Shown here piece after piece: positions 13,740-29,818 of a stretch of 64,000 nt of DNA. Positions within the stretch are counted from its first letter, which is position 1. Every line of letters starts with the position of its first letter. The stretch lies in assembly GCF_009914755.1 (NCBI RefSeq), contig NC_060938.1. One strand, written 5' to 3'. The position numbers and the translations under genes were made by a program. The DNA comes from the human T2T-CHM13v2.0 reference genome, Homo sapiens. The notes beneath the pieces are model-generated. The model was not told the DNA's origin and did not search any database. It saw only the letters and a list, made by a program, of their open reading frames with translations.

Positions 13740-14030
13740 CAGCCATGATTTTCCCACAAGGAACCACCTCTCTTCCACTCTAAATCTACATAGTTTAGGT
13801 CAGAGGTCCCCTATCAAGAGGTCCTCTTGAGAGAATGCAAGCCTAGAGTTAGGGTCATCTTTGCCACATACATGCAAAATGGAGAGAGACCAAGTGTTCA
13901 TTCTTTCAAGCCTTACCTGAAGTCAAACATCTCCTGGACTTTTCGGTGTCATAAACCCCAAAATTCTGCCTTTTGTTTATTTCTGTGCCCAATTTGACTT
14001 AGGAGTCTGTTACCTGTAAGTGAAGGCATT
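13740..14030 (+). mobile_element. Old MaLR LTR fragment (MLT1J/K/L-like)
   Basis: TCAAGCCTTACCTGAAGTC..CCTGGACTTTTC..TCTGTTACCTGTAA 3'-end pattern. Confidence 0.55.
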
Positions 14031-15554
14031 GGGTCCATTTTAATGGCCCTAAGCAAAAGAGGCTGATGAACTTTGACCTAATCAGCTAATATCACTGGTT
14101 TAGAAAACAATTTGAAAAATAATCTCATTAGCTAAGTTAGATTAAGTCAATTACACAGAGTCTGAGCTGACAAGAGATAAAGACAGATGACCCCAAATTA
14201 TTACACTGCCTGTTTCTTGCCCTAAATATATCCTGCCTCATTAATGACACAAGATATACCACTTCTCATCCTTCTTTTGTGAAACCATTTTCTCATCTTC
14301 TTATAACTACATGTATAAATTAAAAACACAGAAGATTCATTGAGAAGTCCCCATTTTCCCCACCCCTATGTTAATATAGTGTTTTCTGCTTGGGATCAGC
14401 TAAAGTCTATAAAATTTTGTGTTGGTTCATTATTATGTTCAGTTTGGGTTTACCAAAACACAAGAGCCATGGGCTCTGTATTCAACTGAAGGTCATATTT
14501 ATTTGTTTCATTAGTGCCAGATATAATTTTAAAATATCTCAGAGTGAAGCTCCCATAATTCCATATCAAAATAATTCCAGGATATTATTGCTTTCTTGGT
14601 GAGGGGCCCAGTACTTTATTAGGTGATGTGGCAGAGGACAAGGTATTCACCCCACTTTATCCCATAAATGACAATTGTCTAAGTCTACTAGTCTACTAGT
14701 GCATAGGACTACTAATCATGAGTCTACTAGTATATCTAACTACTACAATTTATGGAGCAAAACTTCTGCCTTAGGAAGTTGGGCCTTACTGATATTTGGA
14801 GTAATAAAGGGAAAACATGGGCTGATCTGTCCAGGATAACCATAAGAAACTCGTTTTAGCTCATGGTGCCCATCAACATCATGGTCATGTGTGGTCATTA
14901 TCTCAATTTTAGCTTCAAGAAACAAACTTTTCTTCAAAGCCAACAAAGACCTCCCCCTTTTTCTATATTAAAAATTTCTCCTCTCCTCTCAATATAATAT
15001 TTCCTTTGAATATCACAACTTATATCCTATAATAAATGACCTGGTCCCTAATCTAGAAAGGCAGGCACAAGAGGGAAGAGAGGGTTAAAGTTTCTCTCCA
15101 ATGGTCTCTGCTGGTTTCCTTATCTTCTGTAATGTGCTGTAAATGTTCCAGGAGGATCTGTGTGTTCCAACATCTTGACTTTATGGTATTTCCAACATAC
15201 TGGCAACCAAAATTCTGTAAATCCCCACTGAATAGAGGAAAGATAAAGAATCCATTTCTATCTATCTAATTCCTAATCACAAAAAGTACTGACAAAAAAG
15301 AGATAAAGAATTCCTTTAGACTTTAGAAAGGAAAAAGAAAATGTATAAAAACTTCAAGCCAAGAGAACACATGAGGCTTGAACCAATTGCAGACTTACAG
15401 CTGTTTTCTACCTCTTCAATTGTGACTCAAGAGTAACTCCCCTGTTTTATTTTGGTACAAGTCTCCTACACTGAACAAATTCCAGCAACACCTTTTTACA
15501 TGTGCCAAATAGTACTTCAAGAGCATTGAAAAGGATATTGTATTTGTTCCTTAT

Positions 15555-15660
15555 TCAATGAGGCATTATCTCCATTTTACGAATGAAAACATTGAGACTC
15601 AGGGAAGTTAAGTAAAATAACTGAGGTTATACAGCAAGTATAGTCACACAGAGCCCTGAT
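15555..15660 (-). mobile_element. MIR
   Basis: ATTATCTCCATTTTACGAATGAAAACATTGAGACTCAGGGAAGTTAAG. Confidence 0.7.
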
Positions 15661-16276
15661 ATATCATTTTGGATAGCATATTTCCATAAGTTTGGTTTAT
15701 ATAGATTATCTCTGTCAAAATAACACTTAGAAAAGATAATCACTTTTTATGTTCAGTCCTTAAAGAAAGCCACTTGAGATGAGAAAAGAATTAGCTTAAA
15801 TTTTACAAACAATATTAACATAAAAATAGAACTCATATAGATCTGATTGAAGGCAATTGATATAGCATGAACTTTATAAAATGATAGAAAATATAAGTTT
15901 ATATGAACTATAAATTAATCGATAAATAGTGGCTGACTCTGCACACCAATATAATGGTTTTCTGGTCTTTTTAACAATTCATTTTTCTTGCCAGAAAGCA
16001 TTACCACACGAAAGTGAAAATCAATACAATGTTATAAAGAAACAGTTGTTCTATAGACAAACACTAACTAGCCTTAGAGAGAAAGCAAATATAATCATTT
16101 ATAAAATGTAAGCCTTTTTCTATTCAATATCAAAAGCACCTATTGCATCCTAATTATTTACTCAGAGGAACGATGATCATAAACACGCTAACTTTAAAAT
16201 AGTGTATTTTTTAAATGAGCCTATGACAAACAACATTGTCTCTCAGTTTCACTGAAAATCTTACCAAAGCCAACTG

Positions 16277-16311
16277 AGACAGCCCCAGAATAAGACAGCC
16301 CCAGAATAAGA
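16277..16311. repeat. Perfect 16-bp tandem duplication (AGACAGCCCCAGAATA x2) beside a MIR fragment (~16320-16390, +)
   Basis: Direct reading. Confidence 0.9.
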
Positions 16312-18359
16312 TTGCCAGGTGAACCTAATTCTTCTGGGCCTCAGTTTCCTCATCTTTAAGATGAGAGAGTTAGACTGGATGACCCTAGTCAGCAAAACCC
16401 AATAAAACAGAAACACCCCCAAAAATAACAAGAGAGGAAATCTAGGTACACTTTCTAGCTGAAGATTTGAAATTAGCCTGCTAAAGTCATGACCTATTTT
16501 AAGAAAACTCAAGACTTAAACCTCCAAAACCACAAAATGGATAAACTGGGAAGTGATTCTACTAGAAAATGATTCATGCTGTAATGCTTTTAAATGACAA
16601 TGTTTCATAGTACCACTAAAACATGATTTAATTTAGAGTAAAAGGAAACAAAATTTATAAAAGTTTTAACACTATAGCTATTACATAGAACAGCTATTAC
16701 ACTGCAGCTATTACCTAGAATACTTTGTATTAATAGGCAATAATTTACCCTTGCACAGACCTATTTATGAAGATAAGCAACACTCACCTGTCTAGATTCA
16801 CTGATGAATAGCATAGTCTTAAGAGAGGTGGGTATAAGTAACTTCTAGGCTTACAAGTCTGTTTTCCTAAAAGCCATTATTTGGGATTTATTAAAGATTG
16901 AGTTACTTGGATGTACTATTGGGGATTGCACAATCAACTCTAATCTATAAACACAAATATCCATTGCATTAACACAAATACATACTCTTATTTCTAGAAA
17001 GTCTGCAAATCTGGATTGCTTGACCCTAGAGATTCATTAGAGTTTAATTGCCTTATTTTATTACTTTGTCCCACAGTTGCCCATTAATAAATAAAATAGC
17101 AATAAGGCCACGTGCTAAGGTGACATGGGGAGGTGATTTTTAACCTTATCTAGACAAACTCCTAATTAACCGTGGTTGCAATCACCATTTCTTTCTACGT
17201 TTAACTCTTTCCATTGTTGGTGAAGGTGTTTACATTGAAGACCGAGAGCTAGTGAGAAAAAAAAAATCACTCCTCTTTCAGGGCTGATTTTATATTAACA
17301 ACAAATTAACTTGTGCTTAGGTGATCATTTTGCTTTTCCACAACATTATAGTTATTGGAATATAAACGATTATCCTAGTAATGGCAAATACCATATTTTA
17401 TAAGATACAGATTTTTTCTTTTTTTTTCCAATTTACTTTTATTTTTGTGATGTTAAATCAGAAGTTTAACTTTCATCCCCTTCTGAGTTTATATTCAAAT
17501 GAAACAAAACTTCTTATCTAAAAACACAAAACATCTGGACAAAAGAACTGTTTACTTTTTTTGATGTTTTCAATGTTGATATTTTTTTCCAAGAAGTAGA
17601 GAAATATCTCTGGATGGTTGTCTAAAATGTATAATTTTTGTACAGATATGGTATATAGGGCAGTGTCATAGTTTTAATGTTGAAAAAGCATTCTTTTAAA
17701 TTATAGCAAATTATAAAGTATTTATATACATAATATGGCAATATCACTTCAGGAATTCAGATTTTTACCAACTAAAATAAGAAAAAAATGTCAATTTAAA
17801 TAAAACATTTAATTATTTAGGTGGTTTACCCTATCTCCCATTTATTTAGTCTGGTTGCTTTGGCATATCTTTAGATTGGATAAGATTTATTCTCTTCCTC
17901 TTCTTGTTATAGGACATCTACTCTAGCATTTTAGATATACATTCTTTAGCACATTGTTTGTGTAATGGTTTAGCAAAAATTATGGCTTTATCCATATTAA
18001 TATAAATCAGAATGATTAATCTAATTAGCCCAATCAAATATAAAAATGCAATCCTTAATTGGTTCTTATTGTAAATGACCCACAAACAAAAGTTTCAACC
18101 ACCTTCAGAAAAAAAAAATAAAACACTTAAGCAAGTATAGTAACACTTACTAGAGCACAGTAATTTGACAGCTAATGATTTGACCAATTGTATTAAGACT
18201 TGATATGACATTTTCATAGAAAACACTGTAGCCTGTTTAATTATTGAGTAATGCATACCAAGGACTCTTAACAATGAACATTTACTTTCCTGTGATAAAC
18301 TGACATTAAGTAAGAAATAGTGCAATGCTAAAATAAATTATCTTAAAATAAAATTCAGA

Positions 18360-18530
18360 TCAATAATAACAATAATACATAATAATGGCCCTGATTTATG
18401 AGTACTTACTATCTGTCAGTAGCTTCAGTTTTGCCTGCTGGAAATTATCACCCGATTTACAGGTAGCAAAACGGGCTTAAATAATTTAAATGAATCACTT
18501 AAGACCTACAGTAGGTAGCCTTTCTAATAT
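18360..18530 (-). mobile_element. MIR
   Basis: ATTATCACCCGATTTACAGGTAGCAAAACGGGC degenerate core. Confidence 0.55.
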
Positions 18531-18569
18531 TCTGTTCTGCTCCCACACATTACAACTCATCATTGGTCA

Positions 18570-22381
<3,812 letters not shown>

Positions 22382-23500
22382 AACAACCTTCAAAATAAAA
22401 ATTTGTTTTAGAGCTAATGGTGTCTTACAATCACTGTTAGCCATGTGGCCATTGTCTTGGAATGCTTGAACTGCACTGTAATTCCTGGTGGCATTACTGG
22501 ACAACTTCAACCCCTTAATGTTTCAGTCCATAAGCTCTTTATAAGGACTATCTGAGGAAGAAAGAGGAATCCTGGCCTTATCTGAAAAGCTTCCATTGAT
22601 ATTGAAAAATATTCTTCGCATGACCAAACTTTGGTTAGGCTCCTGAACCTTTTCCTAGACCCATCTGTGTTCTTCCTTATAAAATGCAGTTTTAGAAATA
22701 ACCCTGCTAAGTCACTTTAACCAGAATCCTCATCCTTCACACCTGATCACCCTCAATATGTAATCGGGTTCTTCATCCTCTACCATCCCCCAGGCGATGT
22801 CTGATCACCCCGGCCTGTCCTCAGCAAGAATCCTGTTAGTTCGGTTAGCCAGAATCCCCGCTACCCTGATCCTTCCTCTTATTAGTTTTCCAACCACAGA
22901 CCCTCTCTCTGCTCCTTGACTTAAAATTTCCACTTGCCCATGCTTTATTCAGAATTGAGCTGTTTCATGTGGAAGTCTCTTCCTTTATTGCTATGGTTCC
23001 CAAATGTCTTTTTAGTGTTTTCACTATTGTCTAGCTCTGATTTTACTGTGACAGTAACTTCTAGCACGATTTCTTTAAATGCTAGCATCAGATATTATAC
23101 CTCAGGTGTCAAAATCTTGGAAAAAATTCTGAAGGCAATCATAGAGCATTATTTGAAGAAATGATACATCATCATCATTCTTGATGGCACAGAGGATGTT
23201 ATAGCATGGAAAATATGGACCTCAAAAATGGAATTGATGAGTAATTTGTATGATTTGGGCATTTAACTGTTCATGTATTAACAACAGAGACAGTTAATCT
23301 AAAACAAAATAATTTTTAAAAAGAGATATAGCTACTAACACTGTATATTTAAAGAAGCCTAAAAGAGCAATTTCAAATAAACATAAAATAAAAATTCAAA
23401 ACAATATGAAAACAATATGTCATAGTTTATTGCCATTTTTTTCTTAGAGCTACATAACACATTCATGTGCCTTAAAATTTCAGTTTAGATGCCACATGCA
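22382..23500. mobile_element. TcMar-Tc2 (Kanga/MER104-like) DNA transposon remnant, interrupted by an LTR
   Basis: ATGGTGTCTTACAATCACTG near 22430 and TGTCATAGTTTATTGCCATTTTTTTCTTAG near 23420 match remembered Kanga/MER104 ends. Confidence 0.6.
22598..23053 (+). mobile_element. Solo ERV1 LTR, MER31-like
   Basis: TGACCAAACTTTGGTTAGGCTCCTGAACC..GATGTCTGATCACCCCGGCCTGTCCTCAGCAAGAATCCTGTTAG. Confidence 0.85.
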
Positions 23501-23767
23501 GTGAATTACTAGTGGCTGTTTCAAGAATAAGCTTGAGAGGCTTCTCTGCAAAACTATATTCCTCTCCCCTTTTCTTATTTTTTCAATTAAAACTATAAAT
23601 ATGGATGGTTTATGAACCTTTCTTAAAAAGGAGAAAGGAAACTGAGCTTTTAAGAAGTGTGTACAAAGCGTATTTGTTTCTTTCTGAAAAATAAAATCTA
23701 AGCTTTATGCAAGCTCTTCAGCAACACCCTGCATGATCTGATCTTTGTAGAATCACTCTCTCTCACA

Positions 23768-23892
23768 TTAGCTGTCAGATAAAATACAGGTAATATATTG
23801 CATAGACTTATACTAGAAATGATTTATTGCTTATCGAAACTCAAACTTAACTGCGTGCACTGTATTTCTATTTACTAAATCTGACAGACCTA
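23768..23892. mobile_element. MER53-like hAT MITE, internally deleted
   Basis: TGTCAGATAAAATACAGG..ACTTATACTA..TAAATCTGACAGACCTA. Confidence 0.75.
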
Positions 23893-23894
23893 CG

Positions 23895-24720
23895 ACTCAC
23901 TCACTCTGCTTCAGTTACCCTGGCCTCATCTCTGTCCTTCCTTCCTGTCTGCACACTTGCTGTTTGTTCACTTCTTTGTCTGCCTACCTATTTCTCATCA
24001 TCTTTCAAGTGGCACTTAAGATCACTCCTCAGAGATGCCTTCCTGATCCTTAACCTAAATCAGCTCCTCTGTTGAAACTTCTCACACCTTTTCCTTTCCT
24101 TCACATCACAGCTTGTGTCCCCATTTATAATTACTCCCTTTATTTGTGTGCTAATGTGCTTCACTTTTCTATTAGTTTCCTCTTGCGGCTGTAACAAATT
24201 ACCAAAACATAATGGCTTAAAACAACACAGATTTATTATATTGCAGTTTTGGTGGTAGAAGTCTAAAACTGATTGGCAGGGCTACATTCCTTCTGGAGGT
24301 TCCAGGGGAGAACACTTTCTTTGCTTTTTCCAGCTTCTAGAAGCTGCCTGCCTTCTTTGGCTCATGATCCCCTATCACCCCTGCTTTTGTCTTCACATCT
24401 CCATCTCTGACTCTGACCCTCCTGCCTGCTTCTTATAAAGGAAGCTTGTGATTACCTTGGGCACATGCAGATAATCTGGGATAATCTCTCCTCTTCAAGA
24501 TCCTTAATTTATTCACATCTGCAATGTTCTTTTTGCTATGTAAGGTAACACGTCCACAGGTTTAGGGGATTCCAATGTGGCATCTCTGAGGGGTCATTAT
24601 TCTGCCAACCACAGCATGTCACAGACTATGGAAATGGGCCATATCTATTTTTCTCCACTGTATTTCTAGTGGCTGGCATGTGATGGGCACTAGGTAATGT
24701 TGGCGAAATGAATGAATATA
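23895..24720 (+). mobile_element. L2 3' end interrupted by an MLT1 LTR
   Basis: CACTCCTCAGAGATGCCTTCCTGA; ends GAAATGAATGAA. Confidence 0.65.
24168..24613 (-). mobile_element. MaLR LTR, MLT1D-like
   Basis: GCTGTAACAAATTACCA..TGGCTTAAAACAACACAGATTTATT..ATTATTCTGCCAACCACA. Confidence 0.85.
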
Positions 24721-24939
24721 CCTTTTTTGTTGCCCTACTTAAAAGCAAATCACCAAATCCCCCAAAGAGAACTCATGACTCCATACTGAATCCAGAGATT
24801 TGATATTTCAAAAGTTTTTCTGGGGCAGGTGGGTGAGAAACACTACCTGTGCCCTGCAGCCTCAGATATGCACCCCATGTCTCAACGCCTTCCTTCATCT
24901 CCCTTTCCTTTCAGAAGCACTGGGTATATTGGACCTTTC

Positions 24940-26190
24940 CTTCAGTCTTTAAACACTCACCTCTCTTAGCTTTCAGGATACCATATCCTCCTGGAGTTCC
25001 TCCTACTTCCCCAACAGTTCCTTCTTAGTTTGCTTTTCTAACGTGACTTCTCCACCTTATCATTAATGTTGGAGCGCCCGAGGTCTGGTCCAGGGTCCCT
25101 TCTCTACTCTTCCTCATTCCTCTGAGAGATCTCATTCGGGCCTATGGATTTAATATTACCCATAGGCTGATCATTCCAAGTTGTCTCTAGCCTTGGCTTT
25201 CCCACAGCTCAAAATATCTCACATCCAGCTTTCTACTTGGTACCCTTACTGGAATGTTTAATATTATCCCAAACTTAAAAATGTTTCAAGCAGAAATTGT
25301 TATTTTCCTCCCTCCCAAATATTTCTCTCCTCAGACATTTACATCTCAACAAATAGCATCACCATCCAACCAGTTAGTATTCTTCTCCCACACCCCTGTC
25401 ATCTAATTCATTAGCAAGTTCTACTGATTCGCCCAAAACACACCTCAACTACGTCTACTTCTCACCATCTCTATGTCTGTCACCTAATTCATACCTCTGT
25501 CATGTCCAGCCCAGCCCACTACGATAATCTGCTAATGGGTCTCTGCCTCCAGACCCTCTTTTCACCTATACTTCACATAGTAGCCAGAGTGTGGTCTTTA
25601 AAAAATGGCAGTTAGATCATACCATTCTCCTGCTTAGATCCTTTCAACGGCCTTTGCTGCACTTAAATCCAGACTCTTTCCTTAGGCTTACAAAGTCCTC
25701 CGTGGTCCATCCCTGCCCACCCCTCCAGGTCAGCCTCATGGCCCTCCTTCTTTCACTCACTGGTTCTGTGTAGTGTTCTCAAAGTGGTCAAGTTTGTTCA
25801 TGTATCAAGGCCTTAGAATGTGCTGTTCCCTGTGCCTGGAACCCTTCCTCAGCTCCTGGCATGGCTGGGAACTTGTAATCCTTCAGGTCTCAGACCAAAT
25901 ACCACCTTCTAAGAGAGGCATTCCCCAAACACCCTATCTAAAGTAGCTAAGCCCTCAGTTATACTCCATAACATTACTCCATTTATTTCCTTTAATATTT
26001 AGGCTTATGTCACAATCCCAAACCATTTTCCTCATCAGTGTGTTCACTGGTATAGTGCCTCCCTCTCCCATTAGGATATAAACTCATGGAGACAGAGAGC
26101 TTGTCAGTCTTGTTCACTACTAGATTGGGACCTAACACACAGCTGGTGCACAAAACATGTCAGTTGACTGACTGATTAAATGAACAAATG
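24940..26190 (+). mobile_element. L2 (L2a-like) 3' portion
   Basis: CTCCTGGAGTTCCTCCTAC, GTAGCCAGAGTGTGGTCTTTAAAAA, TGCTGTTCCCTGTGCCTGGAA, tail TAAATGAACAAATG. Confidence 0.85.
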
Positions 26191-26874
26191 CTCTGACTGG
26201 ACTAAACGCCCAAAGCTTGCCAAATTTATCAACATCAGACATTTTTATTTTGGTAATGACCTACTGGAGTTTCCAGTGAGGTATTCTGACTACCAAGAAT
26301 TCTGAGAAGTGAGTCATCCTAGGGAGTGAAGTGGGTCGGTGGTGGGGGTAGACTGCCTCCAGCCCCATGAAGCCCAGCCAGTGCCCCCAGCTCTAGTGAT
26401 GTCTGATGTCATCCCCTTCCTTGGCAGTGCTGGGGACAGGTGAGGTACAGCAGCCGTCACAGATACCGAGAGTCCTCAGTTTCCAAAGAACCACCTCTGA
26501 GGAGTAACCCCATCACACAGGAAGCAAGAGGAACCAGGACTGGCCCTTTGAGCATGAGGAGAGCAGTGGCCCTCCTAGAGACAGGAACAGGGTGGAGCTG
26601 AGGTAGCACTTTCTAGACTGGTCATTCAAGCTCCATGGCTGCGGCTTGGGAAAATGTCTCTGTGAGTGAGTGTGTGTGTGTGAGCTGAGAGCTCTGTTTA
26701 CCTACAGTTCTGTAGTTCTGAGCTTCCAGGTCTAAGACGGCTGGAGGGAGCAGAGGGGCGTGAAATACTGAGTGAGAAAAGTTTATCCTCCTCTGTCCAA
26801 TGGGACCCTTACCAGAGGCAGAGCAGTGGGTGGGAGCCCACACAGGACTGCTCAATATGACTCCACAGCAGCAA

Positions 26875-26888
26875 CAGCCAGAGGGCAG
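26875..26888 (+). promoter_or_regulatory. Candidate CTCF motif
   Basis: CAGCCAGAGGGCAG differs from the CCRSYAGRKGGCR core at one position; lies in an apparently non-repetitive, GC-richer block; motif match only. Confidence 0.3.
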
Positions 26889-27416
26889 GGAAGCTTCAGT
26901 GGGTAAAGCCAGCCTCTTCAGCTTAAGGGGTAATAAAAAGGACTGACCCACTGGATCATGGAGGCATCCTAGGGTACCTGGAGGACCCCCAGGAAAGAAG
27001 CTCCAAGAGGAAAGACAGACATCCTGGCAACAGGCAGTCAGGAGTCTCAGCCTGTAACATGAATTTTAAATGGAATGTGATGTAACTTCATGTCTTAAGA
27101 AGTATGTCTAACTTCATACATAAGTATGGAAAAGACTAGAATTTTCAGAAGCTTTCTGCAAGCTCAATTCTGAACTCCACAGAGCTAGAATTTTAATGAC
27201 TATCAATAAACCAGAAACAAGAAATAAAAAGAAACCCCATGGACAGGCGTGCTAGCTTTCTGAGCTCTTTCTTGGCTCCTCCAGTTTCCCTAGCAATGTT
27301 TAAGCCGGGTACCTGCTCATGGTAACAAAAATCCAACCATCATGGGTCCTCATTTTGTCCCAGGAGGAATTAAAAAATCAATACTTTTTGGAGCAAATTT
27401 CTTCTCTCATTCAGAT

Positions 27417-27731
27417 CAGTGGTTCTGAATGAGGGATGATCAGTGTCTTCTGAACAAGGAGACACTGAGTCATGTTCAGAGATGCTTTTTGGTTGTCATA
27501 ACTGGGAGGTGGGTGCTGCTGGCATCTAGCACACAGAGGCCAGGGATGCTGCTAAACAGCCTACAGTGCAGAGGATAGTAACCCCCACACAAAGATCTAA
27601 CAGGATAGTAACCCCCACACAAAGATCTAACAGGATAGTAACCCCCACACAAAGATCTAACAGGATAGTAACCCCCACACAAAGAACTATCTTGCACAAA
27701 ATGTCAACAGTGCAGAGTGTGAAAAATCCTG
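27417..27731. mobile_element. MER20 (hAT-Charlie) containing a VNTR
   Basis: CAGTGGTTCT..TTTTTGGTTGTCATAACTGGG..CTGGCATCTAG..GAGGCCAGGGATGCTGCTAAACA..AAATGTCAACAGTGC. Confidence 0.92.
27572..27685. repeat. 30-bp minisatellite, 3.8 perfect copies (AGGATAGTAACCCCCACACAAAGATCTAAC)
   Basis: Units start at 27572, 27602, 27632 and 27662. Confidence 0.97.
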
Positions 27732-28732
27732 ACTTATGCTAAAATGTACACAAATCTCTTCTCTGATGAGGCTCTGGAAGTATAAGTGTGAGAGGAAGAG
27801 GGAGATGATTTGTGGATATTGAACCAAAGCTGATGGTTCATCTTGCAATCAATTCTAATCCAAAACAGTTTCACTAAGCAGTAATTTCTTCTTTTATTTA
27901 GTGCTGATGCTGTAGCATGGATGATTCTGTTTGGCTCTTTTCCATCAGGCATCTCTCTCCACTGAGTAATCTGCTTAGGTTACAAACAACCCCTTCAGAC
28001 TGCAGAAGCCTTTGCCTTCAATGTATTAAAAAACCTCAGGTACATATTCCCTTGGAAGTTCAATATCACAAAAGTCACAAGGCATTTACAAAGATTACTT
28101 TATAAGGTCTTTAATAGTTACTATTAAATAAATTATATGTTCAGTGTATTGGAGCTTCAGAGAAGAAATAACAGTAGGATCCCTGCCCTGAAGTGCTTGC
28201 AATATCCCACAAGGCCCAATAAAATGAGGCATGAAAGACGACTTCAGTGTACCAAGAACAGTCAAATCTCGCTGGGGAAACAACTGACAAGGGAGACTAT
28301 TTCAAAGAGAAGACCCAGGTAAAACCAAGGATATTTCCACTGCTAAAGAAGCAAGTGCCTGGGGAGTAATGGAGTCTGTGTTATCACTCACTTTACACCA
28401 GAGATTAATGTGGAGACAATCACTGGTTGGTGGGTCGGGGGAGCCCAGGGGCCACTACCCAAGCTGTTGACTCAGTGTCCAACCTTGTAGGAAGAGCAGT
28501 TCAGCTCTGGGTCTTTGACATACTTTCTATCACCACCACAAATTTAGATTTTAAAACAACTGTCAGAAACACAAAATTATTTAGCTTCCCAGTCAAGCAT
28601 GGTTATAGTCCTGAAAATGTTGATCTGAAGTAAGATATGCCAGGGAGCAGGTGGTGTTTGCTGCCAATGTGCAGAAGAGAGATCCTGCAGAGGTGGCCGC
28701 CTTATCAGGGCTGGAGTCTTTCTTACTTAGCA

Positions 28733-29818
28733 TGTTAGTTTGCTAGGGCTGCTGTAACAAAGCACCATAAACGGAGTGACTTAAAACAACAGAAATGTAT
28801 TGCCTCACACTTCCAGAGGCCAGAAGCCCAAGATCAAGGTATTGATACAGTTGGTTCCTTCTGAGGGCTGTGAGGAAGAATCTATTCCATGCTGCTCCCC
28901 TAGCTTCTGGTGGTTTGTTGGCAATCCTTGATTGCAGAAGCATCACCCCCACCCCTGCCTTCATCTTCACATGGTGCTCTACTTGTGTGCATGCCTGTTT
29001 CCAAATTTTCCCTTTATAACGACACCAGTCATATTGCATTAGGTACCCATTCTACTCATCCAGTATGGCTTCGTTTTATTTATTTTCATAGTTCAAGTAT
29101 TTCATTTCAATAGTTTTTGAGGAACAGGTGGTTTTGGCTTACATGAATTAGTTCTTTAGTGGCGATTTCTGGGGTTTTTGTGCACCCATCACCCAAGCAG
29201 TATACACTGTATCCAATACATAATCCATTGTATCATTCTTATGCCTTTGCGTCCTCATAGCTTAGCTCTGACTTATAAGTGAGAATATGCGATATTTGGT
29301 TTTCCACCCCTGAGTTACTTCACTTAGAATAATGGCCTTCAACTCCATCCAGGTTGCTGCAAAAGACATTATTTCACTCTTTTTTATGGCTGAGTAGTAT
29401 TCCATAGTGTATATATACCACATTTTCTTTATCCACTCGTTGGTTGACGGACATTTAGGCTGGTTCCATATTTTTGCAATTGTGAATTGTGCTGCTGTAA
29501 ACATGCATGTGCAAGTGTCTTTTTTAATAAAATTACTTATTTTCCTCTGGGTAGATACCCATAGTGGGATTGCTGGATCAAATTGTAGTTCTACTTTTAG
29601 TTCTTTAAGGAACCTTCATACAGTTTTCCATAATGGTTGTACTAGTTTACATTCTCACCAGCAATGTAGCATAGTTCTTTTCACCACATCCATGAGCATG
29701 GCCTTATTTTAACTAATTACACTTGCAACAACCTAGTTTCCAAGTATGGTTGCATTTTGAGGTACTAGAAGTTAGGACTTCAACATGAACATTGGGGGAC
29801 ATAATTCAAACCATTATA
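28733..29818 (-). mobile_element. MaLR LTR, MLT1C-like, split by an L1
   Basis: TTAGTTTGCTAGGGCTGCTGTAACAAAG..TTCCTTCTGAGGGCTGTGAGG; resumes at ~29695 (TGAGGTACTAGAAGTTAGGACTTCAACAT). Confidence 0.88.
29075..29694 (-). mobile_element. L1PB1-like 3' end
   Basis: ORF 29262..29504(-) is ORF2 C-terminus; TTTCAATAGTTTTTGAGGAACAGGTGG 3'UTR; degenerate TSD at 29062-29078 and 29695-29711. Confidence 0.9.

Noticed and set aside
14680-14745. Repeated GTCTACTA motifs, and AGCTATTAC x3 near 16680
   Set aside because: Short slippage-type repeats with no higher-order structure.
17400-17810. T-rich block resembling a 3'UTR, with AATAAA near 17799
   Set aside because: No upstream coding exon found; the composition alone could explain it.
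27476-27697. CRISPR-like array or repeat peptide (SLCGGYYPVR)n
   Set aside because: Units are head-to-tail with no unique spacers and lie in MER20; the ORF is a by-product of a 30-bp period.
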